Numbered from the stretch's first letter, positions 32,907-45,663 are shown. The stretch is 64,000 nt of DNA from Blastocladiella emersonii ATCC 22665 (GCA_025594325.1 JANHCV010000009.1:682001-746000), one strand, 5' to 3'. Numbers and translations are program-made. Notes: generated by a model from the letters alone, not told the origin.

Positions 32907-33451
32907 GAGTCTTCAGTGATGATTTTGCAAGGAGAGAGAGAGGGGGCCGGACGAGAACGGCGAGTTCTGGAAAGGTTCCCCGACCAGCCAGCCACACGCG
33001 CCGCCGCCGCGCCGTTCTCGGCGTCCGTCCCGCCCGCGCTGCCCCGATGCAAAGGCGACCGACGCATGTAAGCCAATGGAGAAGCTTGAACCAAGCTCCC
33101 CGCATCGCGACGAACGTCCTCCACGGGCCTTGGCGGAGTGAAGGACGACCCGAGGGCGGCACCCTGCCTCGGCGCGACCGGCGGTCGCTGCCACGAGGAA
33201 CGCCCCCGCCGGAGAGGGGCATGGCAGGCAGGTGAACCTGCAGGTGACCATGCGGGCGGACAGGCCCAGGCGGAGGAGCTGGATGGGGCTGGGCGGCGGC
33301 GGCGGCGTCGGTGCGGGCCCGCGGGCAGGCCCGCGGGCGGGGTCGTTGCCCTGGCCGTTGCCACACCCCGCGCGCGTCCTCGCAGGTCGTGGCGGCTTCT
33401 TCTCTCTTTCCCGCTCCTCAGTGGACATCATCCCAACAAACCGCCAGAAAA

Positions 33452-34270
33452 ATGGTCAGCGAAGATCCCACCCCGCCGCCGACTCTGACCGCGACTCGCG
33501 CCGTCGACGCGGCGGCCGTTGCCTTCGTCAACTTCTACGACTACGACAAGATCCAGATCTGCGGCATCTCCTCGGCGCATGAGCTGGCCGCGGTCAACGC
33601 CGCGATCCGGTCCAACTGGCCGCTGGGCGTCAGTGAGCTCAAGCAGTACCCGGGGTCGGACCCGATCGTGCCCCGCGGTCGCGACGGGTTCCCCATGACG
33701 CTGGTCGAGATCAAGCTCACCGGCCGGCCGTGGCAGCGGGTCTCGCGCGAGGCGTGGCCGGTGCGCCGGCTCGTCGCCGCGCTCGTCCGCGCCCTGCTCG
33801 AGGCCGGGTGGCGCATCGACACGGTGACCAACGTCGCGCGCAGCAAGCACAATAAGGACGTGTGGGTCCTGGTCCGCGGCGAGCGCGTCACCTTCGCCAA
33901 CGACCGCGACGTGTTCGCCATCGGGTTCGACAATGGCCGCAAGCTCTCGCTGCCCGGCGCCCCGGACGACGTCTCCATCCAGATCCGCTCGGCGGTTGCG
34001 CAGGCATGGCCGGACGGGATCGGCGAGGTGGGCGGCAGCGGCGGCGAGGATGGCGAGCTCTGGCTCCGCCTCAACGGCAACCCGTGGTGCTCCGACGGGT
34101 TCCAGATCCCCCAGCACACCATCGCGAGCCGCCTCGTGCTCGCACGCATGGTCGCCGCGCTGCGCCGGTGCGGGTACTCGGTGTACGCGTCGGTCAACAC
34201 CTGTTGCGTCAAGGCCGAGGAAGGGGACCTGGACACCTGGATTGTGGTCAAGAACGTGAACGACCTTTGA
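33452..34270 (+). CDS. Uncharacterised protein made of two internal repeats (..AI...WP.G.......KL.G.PW......R.LVA.LV..L...GW)
   Basis: 272-aa ORF from ATG 33452; visible two-fold repeat (NWPLGV..KLTGRPW / AWPDGI..RLNGNPW). Confidence 0.75.
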   Translation: MVSEDPTPPPTLTATRAVDAAAVAFVNFYDYDKIQICGISSAHELAAVNAAIRSNWPLGVSELKQYPGSDPIVPRGRDGFPMTLVEIKLTGRPWQRVSREAWPVRRLVAALVRALLEAGWRIDTVTNVARSKHNKDVWVLVRGERVTFANDRDVFAIGFDNGRKLSLPGAPDDVSIQIRSAVAQAWPDGIGEVGGSGGEDGELWLRLNGNPWCSDGFQIPQHTIASRLVLARMVAALRRCGYSVYASVNTCCVKAEEGDLDTWIVVKNVNDL

Positions 34271-34315
34271 GATACATGTTTGTCTTGTGTTTTCCGTGCT
34301 TCCCTCGTGGGTTTG

Positions 34316-34985
34316 TTTGACATCCACGACACGCTGCGGGTGTGCGGGATCAACTCGGAGCGCGTCCTGGCGCAGCTGCAGCGGGCCGCGAACCAATCGA
34401 CATGGTCGCTTGGGATCCAAGAGGTGAAGCGGTACTAGGAGACGGACCCGGTCGCCCCGCGCGCGAACCCGACGGTAAGCTTATGACCAACCGTGATCTG
34501 GCTCAAGCTAAGGGGAGGCCTGTTCCGCGTCTCCTTAAGGCTGGGTGCCGACTCGCGAAGGCCACCAACATGACGCATGGCAAGTGCGCCAAGGACTCGT
34601 GGATCCTGATCCGCGCGACGCCCGTTGAGCTTGCCGGGAAGCACGACGCGTTCACGCGCTCGCTTGATGGCGACAGCATCGTCTCGCCCGTCGCCGCGAC
34701 CGAGCACGCCGCGGGTGTCGTGTGCGGCGCGATCGTCGCCGCGTGGCCCGACGGGTTCAAGAGGAAGGGGAACGGCGAGGACTGGACGTGAATGCAGCTG
34801 CGCAGGAGGTCCTAGGAGACCGAGTACTCGGACCGCCAGCGCATCGCCGCGAGCCGCGTCATGGTCGGTCGCATGGTCGCGGCGCTCCAGGTCGTCGGGT
34901 ACAAGGTGCACGGGTCGCTCGAGATCCCACACATCGAGAGTCCGCTACGCCGGTGGGGATACCTGGGTCGTGGTCAAGAATGCCG
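34316..34985 (+). pseudogene. Degenerate tandem copy of the 33452 gene
   Basis: FDIHDTLRVCGINS..WSLGIQEVKRY*ETDPVAPR, KDSWILIR, AAWPDG, ASRVMVGRMVAALQVVGYKV and DTWVVVKN align with the upstream gene; several stops and frameshifts. Confidence 0.85.
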
Positions 34986-35275
34986 GGGGGTTGTCATGGA
35001 CTGTTGATGATAGACTCGCGTTTGCATTGCCGCAATCATGAGATCGCCCAAGAAGCAGTCTGAAAGGTGCCGAGCCGCGAGCCAACGCGCCGCTGGTCGT
35101 GGTCGCGTTGATCCGTGGTGTGATGCGCTGCGCCACACCGGTTCTCTGCGGATTGACTAGGGAGGTCAGACTGATTGGTACTCGCGAGCATAGAGCAGCC
35201 GAGTGTTGGGATATATTGAATCAATGGATTGTGCAAAGTCGAGTGCCAGGTTACGTCGCGCCGACGCGACTGGCC

Positions 35276-36916
35276 TTAGTTGAACATGCCGCGGAGCCCG
35301 GGCAGCGCGGCCTTGAGCGAGGACACGTTGATGTCCGTGGCCGGGCGACTGGCGGCCTGGGCCGTGGATGCCGAGACGCGAGCGGATGGACCAGGTGCAC
35401 CAGTGGAGACGGGAGCGGACGCCGTCGGCGTCGGCGGCAAGGAAGCCTGGGCCGCAGACGTCGCGGGATGAGAGGCCGGGCGACTGGTGGTCGGGGCCGC
35501 GGGCGTCGAGGCGTCAGCAGAAGCGCCTGGCGCTCCGGTCGCGGTAGAAGCGACACGGGCCGCGGCCGTCGCGGGACGAGGAGCGGGAGCCGGCCGAGTA
35601 GCGGGGCGAGGACCGGTAGGACGCGTCGCGGCGACGGCGGGCTTCTGCTGCGGCTGCGGCTGCGGCTGGTTGGTCGACTGGGGCTGCGACTTCTGCTCGG
35701 CGGGAACAAGCATGGGATGACGCGCGAGATGGTCGAAGACGGGGCGCAGGCGCGGCGCGATGAAGAAGACGTGGATCGGGATGCCGCCGATGGCGCGACG
35801 CGGACCGCCGCCGGCCTTGCTGCCGGTGTGCGCGATGAGCCAGTCGAGGATACGGATCACGTTGTCGGCGCGTACGCGGTCGAGGTGCGCGAGATCGGCG
35901 AGCGCGAGCAGGAGGAAGTTGTCCTGGCGGAGCAGGTCGGTGAGCTCGCCCTTGTCCGTGGAGAGCTCGCCCTCGGTGACGAGCGCGAACTTGTCCGCGT
36001 CCCACCGGCTAAGCGCCGCGAGGCCGAGGTACGCCGTGAAACGGATGCGGCGGTCGAGGTGCGAGCAGCACTGCATCTCGCGCTCCCACTGCTCGTTGAT
36101 GGACTTGACGGTCGCGCGGGACCACGTCAAGAGCGGGGGGGCCACGCAGAAGAAGGCGGACGCGCGGGACAAGGCCAGGGCGGCGACGGCGTAGAACGCA
36201 GCCGCGTCGTAGTGGAACGCGGCGTAGACGAGGATCTGGATCACGCCGACGAGCGGGACCGACGTGAACAGCGGCATCTTCTTCAAACCGGCCGCGGCGG
36301 GCGTGGAGGCAGCCGTCGATGCGGCGGCGGGCTCGGAGGCCGTGGAGGTGACCTTGGAGGCGGCGGCGGGCGCGGAAGTCGTCGAGGCGGCGCGGACCTG
36401 GCGCTCCATGGCGGCGTGGATCTGCTTGAAGTACTTGTCCGTGGCGACGACTTCGGGACGCGTGGGCGTCAGGAACACGGCGGGGACCGAGTCGAGCAGG
36501 GCGATGAGCGCCGTGACGGTAAGGAACGCAGTGTAGTCCGGGTTCGAGTCTACGGGCCAAATGGGCTTGACCTCGTCGTCGCTGATGTCGTCGGGCGCCC
36601 AGCGGCTGATGCAGCACTGCTCGAGGTGCGCAATGAGGTTGGTGCGCACGCTCATGTTCAGCGTCTGCCGATAGACGCGGACGGTGGCGGGCGGCGTGAT
36701 GAGGGTGCACTGCGCGTTGATCCAGGCGAGCTTGGCGCGCTTCGACTTGAGGGATCCGCGGAAGTCGCGGCACGCCGTGACGACGCAGGCACGCGGCGTC
36801 GCGAGAATGACCACGTCGGCAATCAGGTCCGACGGGAGCGCGAGCAGGCCGTCAATCTGCGCGACCTCGGCCTCAGCTTCGGCGCGGTGGTGCGGCGGGA
36901 TGCATGCGTTCAACAT
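35276..36916 (-). CDS. Hypothetical protein, N-terminal F-box-like segment and Ala/Pro/Thr-rich tail
   Basis: 546-aa ORF; LLALPSDLIADVVILA..VTACRDFR resembles an F-box. Confidence 0.6.
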   Translation of the reverse strand: MLNACIPPHHRAEAEAEVAQIDGLLALPSDLIADVVILATPRACVVTACRDFRGSLKSKRAKLAWINAQCTLITPPATVRVYRQTLNMSVRTNLIAHLEQCCISRWAPDDISDDEVKPIWPVDSNPDYTAFLTVTALIALLDSVPAVFLTPTRPEVVATDKYFKQIHAAMERQVRAASTTSAPAAASKVTSTASEPAAASTAASTPAAAGLKKMPLFTSVPLVGVIQILVYAAFHYDAAAFYAVAALALSRASAFFCVAPPLLTWSRATVKSINEQWEREMQCCSHLDRRIRFTAYLGLAALSRWDADKFALVTEGELSTDKGELTDLLRQDNFLLLALADLAHLDRVRADNVIRILDWLIAHTGSKAGGGPRRAIGGIPIHVFFIAPRLRPVFDHLARHPMLVPAEQKSQPQSTNQPQPQPQQKPAVAATRPTGPRPATRPAPAPRPATAAARVASTATGAPGASADASTPAAPTTSRPASHPATSAAQASLPPTPTASAPVSTGAPGPSARVSASTAQAASRPATDINVSSLKAALPGLRGMFN

Positions 36917-36930
36917 TGTGCAGCGAGGGT

Positions 36931-36960
36931 ATGCGATGCGATGCGATGCGATGCGATGCG
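36931..36960. repeat. (ATGCG)6 microsatellite
   Basis: Six perfect pentamers directly upstream of the 35276-36916 ORF. Confidence 0.95.
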
Positions 36961-37912
36961 ATGATGAGGAGGTTCAAGGTTGAGAGAGAGAGAAAGGGCG
37001 GAATCGCCGCGGACCGATCGAGCGAGCGTGAGAACGGCGGCGAGCTTGTTGTCGCGTCGCTCATGACAACACATCAGCTGATCCGGTGACCGCGCCGCGC
37101 CACACTCCGCCGCCGCCAAGGCAGGGGTGGTCGAGGTCGGAAGCAGTCCAGTAGAAACGATCGTCGAGCTCGAGCTCCTCGCAGCGTTCTTGCCAGCCAC
37201 GAAATAAGAGCATGAATTGAGCCACGGCCAACGCCGGCAGTACCAAGGCCACCCTTCTAACGCCAACGCGTTCGACGCGACCACCTTGTCGAGGCAATCG
37301 ACGGCCGCGCCCAGCGATTGTCGAGTAACAGTTGATGTCGTCAACGCACCTGACCAGCACGTCCGTAGACCGCCGGCGGTGCCAGCATCCGGCTGAGCGT
37401 CTCCGGCTGATCGTTTATGGCGGGATGCGCGAGGTGAGGAGGGCAGAGGACGTCCCAACGAACAACAGCCGCGAGACGACACTCGCACGGACGAGGTCGT
37501 CCTGGGATCGACAATCAACGGGAACAGCAACAAAGCGAACGCATTTTATGCAAAGAGAGCCCGCCGAGCGGTTACGCGGGCCGAGGGGCTGTGATGGCCT
37601 GCTGATGTCCATCGACTTGCTCCTTCATCGTGTGCGCACGATTTGCTTGTCGTCTGCCCTGAGCTTGACGCTTTGAGAAGTTCCCGACGCAGCTCGGCCA
37701 AGGCGGACCGGTGTGGGCAAAGTTCAGCGTGAGAGCAGAGGCAGGGGTGGAAGAGGCGCCGACGCGCGAGCCGACGCGCCGGTCATGGGCGTGTGCGGTC
37801 GCCACACCGCGGCGCCCACTCAGCTGGGCGTCAGCTCCACGCTCTTCCCCCTCTCCCTCACGCGTCAACAACAACACACTTCCATGTATCTCTTGCGAGT
37901 CCCTGCAACGCC

Positions 37913-39501
37913 ATGATCTTCCTCCTGCTATGCACATTCATCATCCTAATGGCTGCTGGCCGGGCATGGGCCGCGCACCGCCGCGGAATCCGCGAGCGGC
38001 GTCGGATCCGGAGCGAGCGCCTGACGTCGGGCCGCATCACGTTCGGCTTCTTCCACCCGTACTGCAACGCGGGCGGCGGCGGCGAGCGCGTGCTGTGGGC
38101 GGGCGTGCGCGCGTGTCTCGCCGCGTACCCGAGCGCGCACTGCGTCGTGTACACGGGCGACGTGGACGCGACGGGGGACCAGATCCTGGCGAGGGCTAAA
38201 GAGCGGTTTGCGATTGAGCTGAGCCCGGAAAGGGTCCGGTTTGTGTTTTTGAAGCGCAGGTGGCTCGTCGAGGATACGACGTATCCCAGGTTCACGCTGC
38301 TCGGGCAGAGTCTGGGCTCGGTCGCGCTTGCGGCGGAGGTGGTACCGTACGGCGTTGCGCCGGACGTGTTCATCGGTACGGCCTTTGCGTGGGCGCGAGA
38401 GCACGGACAGAGCTAACCGAACTCGCAGACACGATGGGCTACGCGTTCACGTACCCGCTGATCAAGCTGCTGCTCGGATGCCCGGTCGTCTCGTACACGC
38501 ACTACCCGACCATCAGGTACGCCCACTCACGATCAGTCCGCGCGACCTCGCTAACACCCAGTGCAGCACCGACATGCTCACCAAGATCGGACAGAGCGAG
38601 TCGAGCTTCAACAACGCGTCCTTTATTTCCCGCTCGCGCGTGCTCAGCTCGGCCAAGCTCATGTACGCCGCCCACTCACCTCGCTCACCGCACCCTCCCA
38701 CTAACCCCATTCCGCGAGTGTAGCTACTACCGCCTCTTCGCGTCGCTGTACGGCCACTGCGGCCGGTACGCGGACGTAGTCATGGTCAACTCGTCGTGGA
38801 CGCGGGACCACATCGAGTCCATCTTCGGCCGCCCGGACCGCACGTTCCTCGTGTACCCGCCGTGCGACACGTCGGCGCTCGAAACGCTCCCCGAAACCGG
38901 CCGCCGCCCCTGGATCGTCTCGGTCGCGCAGTTCCGGCCCGAGAAGAACCACGCGCTGCAGATCGACGCCTTCGCGCACGCGCTGACCCGGTTCCCCGCG
39001 TTAGCGGGAATGCGCGACGTGCGGCTGGTCCTGGTCGGCGGGTGTCGCGGCGACGCGGACGCGAAGCGCGTCGATGCCCTGCGCTTGCTCGCGGCGGAGC
39101 GCGGGGTCGCGGATAAAGTCGAGTTTGCCGTCAACGCGCCGCACGCGGACCTGCTCGGCTACCTGCGCGCGGGCAGCGTGGCGCTGCACACCATGGCGGA
39201 CGAGCATTTCGGGATCGGCGTGGTCGAGGGGATGGCCGCGGGCATGATCGTGGTCGCGCACGACTCGGCGGGGCCGAAACGCGATATCGTGGTGCCGCTC
39301 GAGGGAGACGGGCAAACGACGGGGTTCCTGGCGCGGACCAGGGACGAGTACGCGGACGCCATGTACCGGGCGCTGACGATGCCGGCGGGCGAGCGCGAGC
39401 GCATGGTGGCGGCGGCACGGAAGAGCGTGCACCGGTTCTCGGAGGCGGCGTTCGCGCAGCAGTGGGTGCAGTGTGTGGGTGCGGCGACGGGAGCGTACTA
39501 A
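37913..39501 (+). CDS. ALG11: GDP-Man:Man3GlcNAc2-PP-Dol alpha-1,2-mannosyltransferase
   Basis: FFHPYCNAGGGGERVLW, D|TMGYAFTYP, YPTIS|TDML, QFRPEKNH, EHFGIGVVE. Introns 38376-38428, 38517-38566 and 38663-38723. Confidence 0.96.
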
Positions 39502-39542
39502 GAGTGAGATTACATTGATTTTTTGTTGTTGTGGACAGCTAG

Positions 39543-40523
39543 CTACTGCTGCTGCTTGGCGAGGTCGATCTTGCCAGCGATGCGCCACTTGCCGTTGGCG
39601 GTGGTGAAGCGCTCGTAGACGACGTACTCGACGGGGTCCGACTCGGTGGCGGCGAGGACCTTGCCCGACGAGTCGGTGATGGTGAGGCGCTGCTTGGTGT
39701 GCAGCTTGATGGTGACCTGGGCCACGCCAAACGGGTCGCCCTGGCCCTTGGAGTAGCGCAGGTTGACCGTCTTGGGCCGCTCCACGGCGCCGAGGTACTC
39801 CCACGACAGCGTGCCGGGCCGCTTGCGCATCTGGTTCTTGAGCGTCTGTTGATGTTTCGGCGGTGGTTAGTGTGGATTTGGGCGAGGTGGTCAGGGAGAT
39901 GAGGGGTACCGAGAGCATCTGGTTGGTGACGAACGGCTCCACGTCGTTCGGGCGGCCCCTACACGCACACGCACACGCGATGGGTCAGGATCGGGCCGCC
40001 GTGCAACGCAGCGGGCAAGAGCGTACTCGGCAAAGGCCTTGTTCATCTGCTTGTACAGCTCCTCGGCCTCGAGCGGGAACTGGGTGGCGACGAACTTGAT
40101 ATCGCGCTTCAGGCGGGACACCCTACGCGCCGCCGTGAAAGCGTCAGCGATGGACCCGCACACCGACCGGTCTCACATAAAAGCGTGCATACTCAAAGGT
40201 GCTCTGCGCGAGGTTCTTGAGGTAGGTGAAGAGCGCGGAGCGGCCCTCGGCCGAGAACGGCTTGGGCACCTTGTCGGGGCGGACGTAGGGGTCTAGGGCC
40301 ACTTCAGCGTCAGGACTCGAGCGAATTCGCCGCTGATCAAACAGCACAGCTTACCGATGATGCGGCCGGTCTCGCTGATCGCAAAGTTCATCTTCTTGGA
40401 CACGAGCCCGGACGCGCAGCGGGCCTGCATCATCATGGCGGGCGCGGCCACGCGGGCAAGCGGCGCGGGACGCATCGCCGCGGCGGCGGCTGGCAGAAGC
40501 GAGTGGGCGGCGTGGCGGAGCAT
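39543..40523 (-). CDS. Tim44-domain mitochondrial protein, mL45/Mba1-like, multi-exon
   Basis: Presequence MLRHAAHSLL..; Tim44-like C-terminus WEYLG....QVTIKLHTKQRL..EYVVYER....WRIAGKI. Confidence 0.7.
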
Positions 40524-40839
40524 CGTGCAGGGAGTGCCGTGCGCGAACTAGTGTCGATGCGTTGCGTATAGTCGTTTGGGAGAGAGGAGAAGCGGAGAGG
40601 GAGAGAGTTGAGGCGCCGATCGCGCAGCCCGCGGCGTGCCACTCCCGTCGGCCCTTCTTGGGAGGGAAACGTGATGCCGAGGGCGCCTCAAGTCTTCCCG
40701 CGTTCGAGTCGAAGGCATCTCCCCCTCACCCGCCCCCACGCAACGAATCAGCGCAGAAATACCCGCACGCACCCGCTGCAACTCGACCAGACCTGCACCG
40801 CCTGCACGAGCCGAGTCTGCGTCCATCCACCCGCGCGTC

Positions 40840-43800
40840 ATGGACGAGCTCGCCCTCCTCGCGATGCTGGGCGCCGACGACGACGGCGACGTCGGGCCCG
40901 CTGGGCCGCCCGCGGAGCCCATGGATGTCTTCGTGCCGCCAACGGCGTTACCGAACGAGGCACCGGCGTCGAACGGCGCACCACCACCGCCGCCAGAAGG
41001 AGCAGGAGCAGGAGCAGGAGGAGATGAGCCCATGGAGACGGACCCGCCGCCCGCCGCCGTCCCCCCGCTGCCGCTCGAGTCGAAGCAGCGGCCCGTGTCG
41101 CCCGGCCCCGAGTCGCCCGACACGGTCGACGACGAGGAAAGCGGTGGACCCGCGCGAGAACCAGGAGCTGATGATGACGATGAAGACGACGATCTCGCCG
41201 ACGTCGACGTGGACCTCGACGACATGATCTCGGGCGACGGCGACGACGATCCCGCCGCGCTCATGGGCGCCGCAGCTTCGGCCGGCGGTGGCAGCGGCGG
41301 CTCGGCGCTCCAGTCTGGTCTCGCGTCGCTGGGCGTTGACCTGTCGGGTCTCGGCGGGCTCGGCGCCGGCGCCGGGTTCGACCTCGCCGGGCTCATTGAG
41401 GAGGCCGCGACCGCCGCACCACCGCCGCTCCCGCTACCACCAATACAGCCGCGCTCGGCCGCCGCCGCCGGCACCCCGTCCTCGTCGCCGCGCGCGAAAC
41501 CGGCCGCGCGCTCGATGCCGCCCATGGGCGCCTTCCCGCTCCCGCCCTCGGGCACCTTCAACAGCCGCCCGGCGTCGCGCGCGTCGAGCCCGGCGCCCGG
41601 CATCTTCCGGTCGCACTCCCCACCCACCAACGCCGCCGCGCTGGCGCGCAAGCGCGCCGTCGCCGCGGACCCGCGGTGGTCGGTCGTCGTGCAGCTGTGC
41701 CCCGAGTTTGCCGACGACGGCCCGCTGTCGTACCACCGCCTCCTCGGGTCGCGCGCCGCGTTCCGCCTGCGCCCGCGCACCCTCGACTACCGCGGCCGGT
41801 TCTACTCGGCGTCGTCACGCCGGTCGTCGGCCGCCCATCTCGCCCTCGAGGACGACGAGCGCGACGCGTTCGAGCGCGGCAAGTCGCGCAACCAGCAGCA
41901 GCGGAATAACTTGTTTGCCGTCATGCGCGGGCGCGGGTTGGCGAGGTTGCCCGTGATTCCTGAGGAGGTGTCAGATGTGTCGTCGGACGACGATTCGAGT
42001 GACGAGGTACGCTTCCACGCTTTGGTATGTGGTTTTGGGGGAGTGTCTCACACGCCACGCGCGCGGGTGTAGATGGAGCTCGACAACATGCGCAAGTTCA
42101 TGCCCGTCGTCCTCGCCTCGTGGGAGGACAAGATTGTGTGGAACGAGGAGGACGCCGACCGCGACCTCCACCCGATCCTCCCGCTGCTCGCCAAGATCCA
42201 GGAGGGCGAGCGCGCCAACCCCAACGTACGTCCCCCTCATCACCCCGCACACCACTCGACCTGACCCGCCCGCCACGTGTAGATGTCGATCCTCCCCGTC
42301 CGCAACGGCATCCTCGACAGCGACGAGTGGCTGCGCGCGTGGGACGACGAGGACTGGCTGCAGGGCCCGCTCGACGATTTCGCGCACGACCCGACGCTCC
42401 TCCTGCCGTCGGCGCCCGTCACGCTCCTGACGCACGCCGACGAGCACGCGCTGGCGGCAGGCGCGGCCGCCGCGGGCGACGCGATCCACGCCGTCGACCG
42501 CTTCAACCTGTCCAACGACGAGTTCTACGTGTCGGCGAAAAAGGCCGACAGCGCGCGCACCGGCAACCAGATCGTCCTCCAGCACGCGCCGCCCGCGTTG
42601 CGGCTCGTGCCCGCCTTCGTACGTCTTCGGTGGAACTTGGGCTGACGCGGTCGATCTCACACATCCCCGCGCGACACACGAGTGTAGTACAAGACGGACC
42701 TGCAGGCCAAGGAGTCGCGGCGGCTGCACCGGCCGCAGTTCACGGTCGAGCCCGGGCTCGAGATCAAGTTCTCGAAAGTCAAGGCGCTCAAGAAGAAGAA
42801 GATCAAGGGCAAGGAGAACGTCGAGCTGCTCAAGTCGTCGCGCGACATGACGCTCAAGGACTCGGCCAACTTCATCCTGCTCGAGTACTCGGAGGAGTCG
42901 CCCATCCTGCTGTCCAACGTCGGCATGGCCACCTTCGTCTTCAACTTTTACCGCAAGCGCGAGGAGAAGGACCAGTTTGTCCCGCAGGTACGGTTGCGTC
43001 GCTGCATCACGATGCGGAACCACCACTAACAGATGCCACCGCGCGCGTGTATCTAGGCCGAGATCGGCGCGCCCAACATCCTCGAGCCCGACGAGCCCGG
43101 CCCGTTCTGGGGCTACGGCGACATCGACAAGGGCCACACGATGCCGGTGCTGTTCAACAACATGATCCACGCGCCGCTGTTCCCGCACGCGCCGCCCGAG
43201 ACCGACTTCCTCCTGATCCGCAACACGTACAAGGGCGTCGTCAAGTACTACGTGCGCGAGATCCCGCGCATGTTCGTGGTCGGCCAGGTGCTCCCCGCGG
43301 TCGAAGTGCCCGTCCCCACGTCGCGCATCTACACCGAGTACAAGCGCAACCGCATCCGCGTCGCCGTCTACCGCCTGCTCAAGAAGAAGGCCGACCACGT
43401 CCGCAAGGGCGTGAAATTCCAGGACGTGCAGAACATGTTCGCCCACTACGCCGAGGTCCAGCTCAAGTCCCGGCTCAAGGAGTTCATGGAGGGCCGCGGG
43501 CTCGCCTCGGGCCACTGGCGCCTCAAGAACGCCGCGACCGTCCCGTCCGAGGAGGAGATCCGCAAAATGGTCACCCCCGAACAGGTCTGCATGTACGAGA
43601 CCATGTCGGCGGCCGTCCGCCAGCTCGAGGACCTCGGCTACGTCACGGACATCAACGTCTCGGCCGGCTCCGCCATGCACCGCGTCAACGCCGCCAACAC
43701 CAACAACGCCGCGTCCCACTCCCCCGCCGTCCAGCTCGAGGGCGAAATGTCGCCCTGGAAGCTCACCAAGAACTTCGCCCAGGCCATCACCAACAAAATC

Positions 43801-45504
43801 TTCCTCAAGCTCTCGGGCGACGGCGACCCGACCGGCTGTGGCGAGGGGTTCTCGTTCCTTCGCGCCGGACCGCGCGAGAAGTTTGGCAAGGCCGTCGGCG
43901 CGCCCGGACTCGGCGGCGGCGGGAGCGGCGGTGCCGCTGCGGGCGGCGGTGGTGCATCGTCCTCGGGTGCCGCGGGTTCGGGCGGTGCCGCGTCCGCCGC
44001 GGGCGCGGCCGGCGCCGCGCAGGGCGGCGGCAGCGACGACCACCTCGCGTACCGGCAGCAGGTGCGCGAGATCTGGGACCGCCAGACCGCGTCGCTGTCG
44101 CGCGTGCCCAAGAAGCTCGACGACCCGCTCGAGGTCGCGCTCGCCAAGGCCGAGGCGTCCAAGCTCCGCGCGCAGGCGCAGCGCGCGAGTGCCGCCGGCA
44201 GCACCGCGGGCAGTCCCGCGTCGGGTCTCCTCGGCGGACCCCACGGCGCGACCGCTCACCACGCGCAGCCGCTCGGCAAGCCCGGGCAGAAGGCGCTCGT
44301 GATCCGCCGCCTGCTCAAGGGCATGAAGGTGTGGCAGGAGGAGATCGTCACGGACCCGCACGTCATCGAGAACTACAAGCGCAAGAAGGCGCTGCTCGAC
44401 AACGCCGGTGAGGGCTCGGCGCTCGACAAGTTCCGCAAGCAGAAGTTCATGTCCGAGTCGCGCGGCGCCAACGCCAACGCGATCCAGGAGGTGCTCCGCA
44501 AGGCGCGCGTCGTCCAGTGCCGCCGGTGCGGCCAGGTCGGGCATATCAAGACCAACCGCGAAAAGTGCCCCATGTGGGCCGACGAGGCCGCCGAGCGCGC
44601 CGCGCTCAAGCGCAAGCAGCGCGACGGCGAGGACGGCGGTGGTGACACGGCGACGGCGGTGGATACCGCGGCGTCGTCGTCGAGCACCCCCGCCAAGCCC
44701 GCCGCCGGTGGTGGTGGTGGCGGCAGCAGCAGCGCGGGCCCGCCCGCCAAGCGCGTCAAGAAGCGGCACCCGGCGGCCGAGCTGTCCGAGATCCTGGACA
44801 TCATCCTGGTCAACATCCGCGACCTGCCCTCGTCCAAGCCGTTCCAGGCCGCACTCAGCCCGAAGCAGCACCCCGAGTTCTACGCCAAGGTGCACACGCC
44901 GCGGTTCCTGTCCGACATTGTCGAGACCAACAAGAACCTGCAGTACCGGTCCGCCGACGAGTTCGCCGACGAGCTGCGCCGCCTCCACGCCGCCGTCGAG
45001 TCAGTGTACGGCCCCGCCCACCCGCTGACCGCGGCGGCGGCCGAGATCCGCGACCTCGTCGAGCGCGAGATCAGCGCACGCGCCGAGCGGCTCGCCGAGC
45101 TCGCCGAAGAGGTCCGTAACTCGACCCGCGCGCCCGTCCCGCCCCGCGGCGCGCCCAAGGTCAACCGCACCGGTGTCCGCCGCGCCGCTGCCGTCGCGTC
45201 GTCCAACGCCATGGCTGCCGCGGCCGCCGGGCTCCCGCCGCCCATGCCCGCATCTGCGCAAATGCCCGCGCAGCCCGCGCCCCGCCCGCTTGCGATCCCG
45301 CCCGGGCTCATGCCCGGGATCGTGCCCGGCGGGTACCACGCGCCGCAGCAGCAGCAGGGCGTACCGCCGCCGATCCGGCCCGGCACGTCGCCGATCCCCG
45401 CGCCGCTCCGGCCCGGCAGCGCGACGGGTGGGCGGCCGCTTGGTCAGGCGCCTGTGGCGCGGCGGCCGGACGAGGGGGACGATGCGGTGGATATCGAGGA
45501 TTGA
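40840..45504 (+). CDS. TAF1: TFIID subunit TAF1 (DUF3591 core, zinc knuckle, one bromodomain-like region), multi-exon
   Basis: FNLSNDEFY, LLEYSEESPILLSNVGM, ETDFLLIR, MVTPEQVCMYETM, PWKLTKNF, GDGDPTGCGEGFSF, CRRCGQVGHIKTNREKCP. Confidence 0.95.
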
Positions 45505-45663
45505 GTGAGGAGGAGGTGAGAGCGGTGGCGAAGTATTGTATTATTCGAAGCTGAAGAAAGTAGTAGTTGCCGCCCGATCGTCCTCTGACTCGTTGCTCGT
45601 GAGGTGGTGATGGAGAGGTGAGGCTCGCGGTCAATTGACGCGAAAGTGTGAGACACGCGTTTT

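Noticed and set aside
37000-37700. ORFs 36910-37533 and 37061-37360
   Set aside because: No recognisable homology or consistent codon bias; treated as intergenic or decayed.
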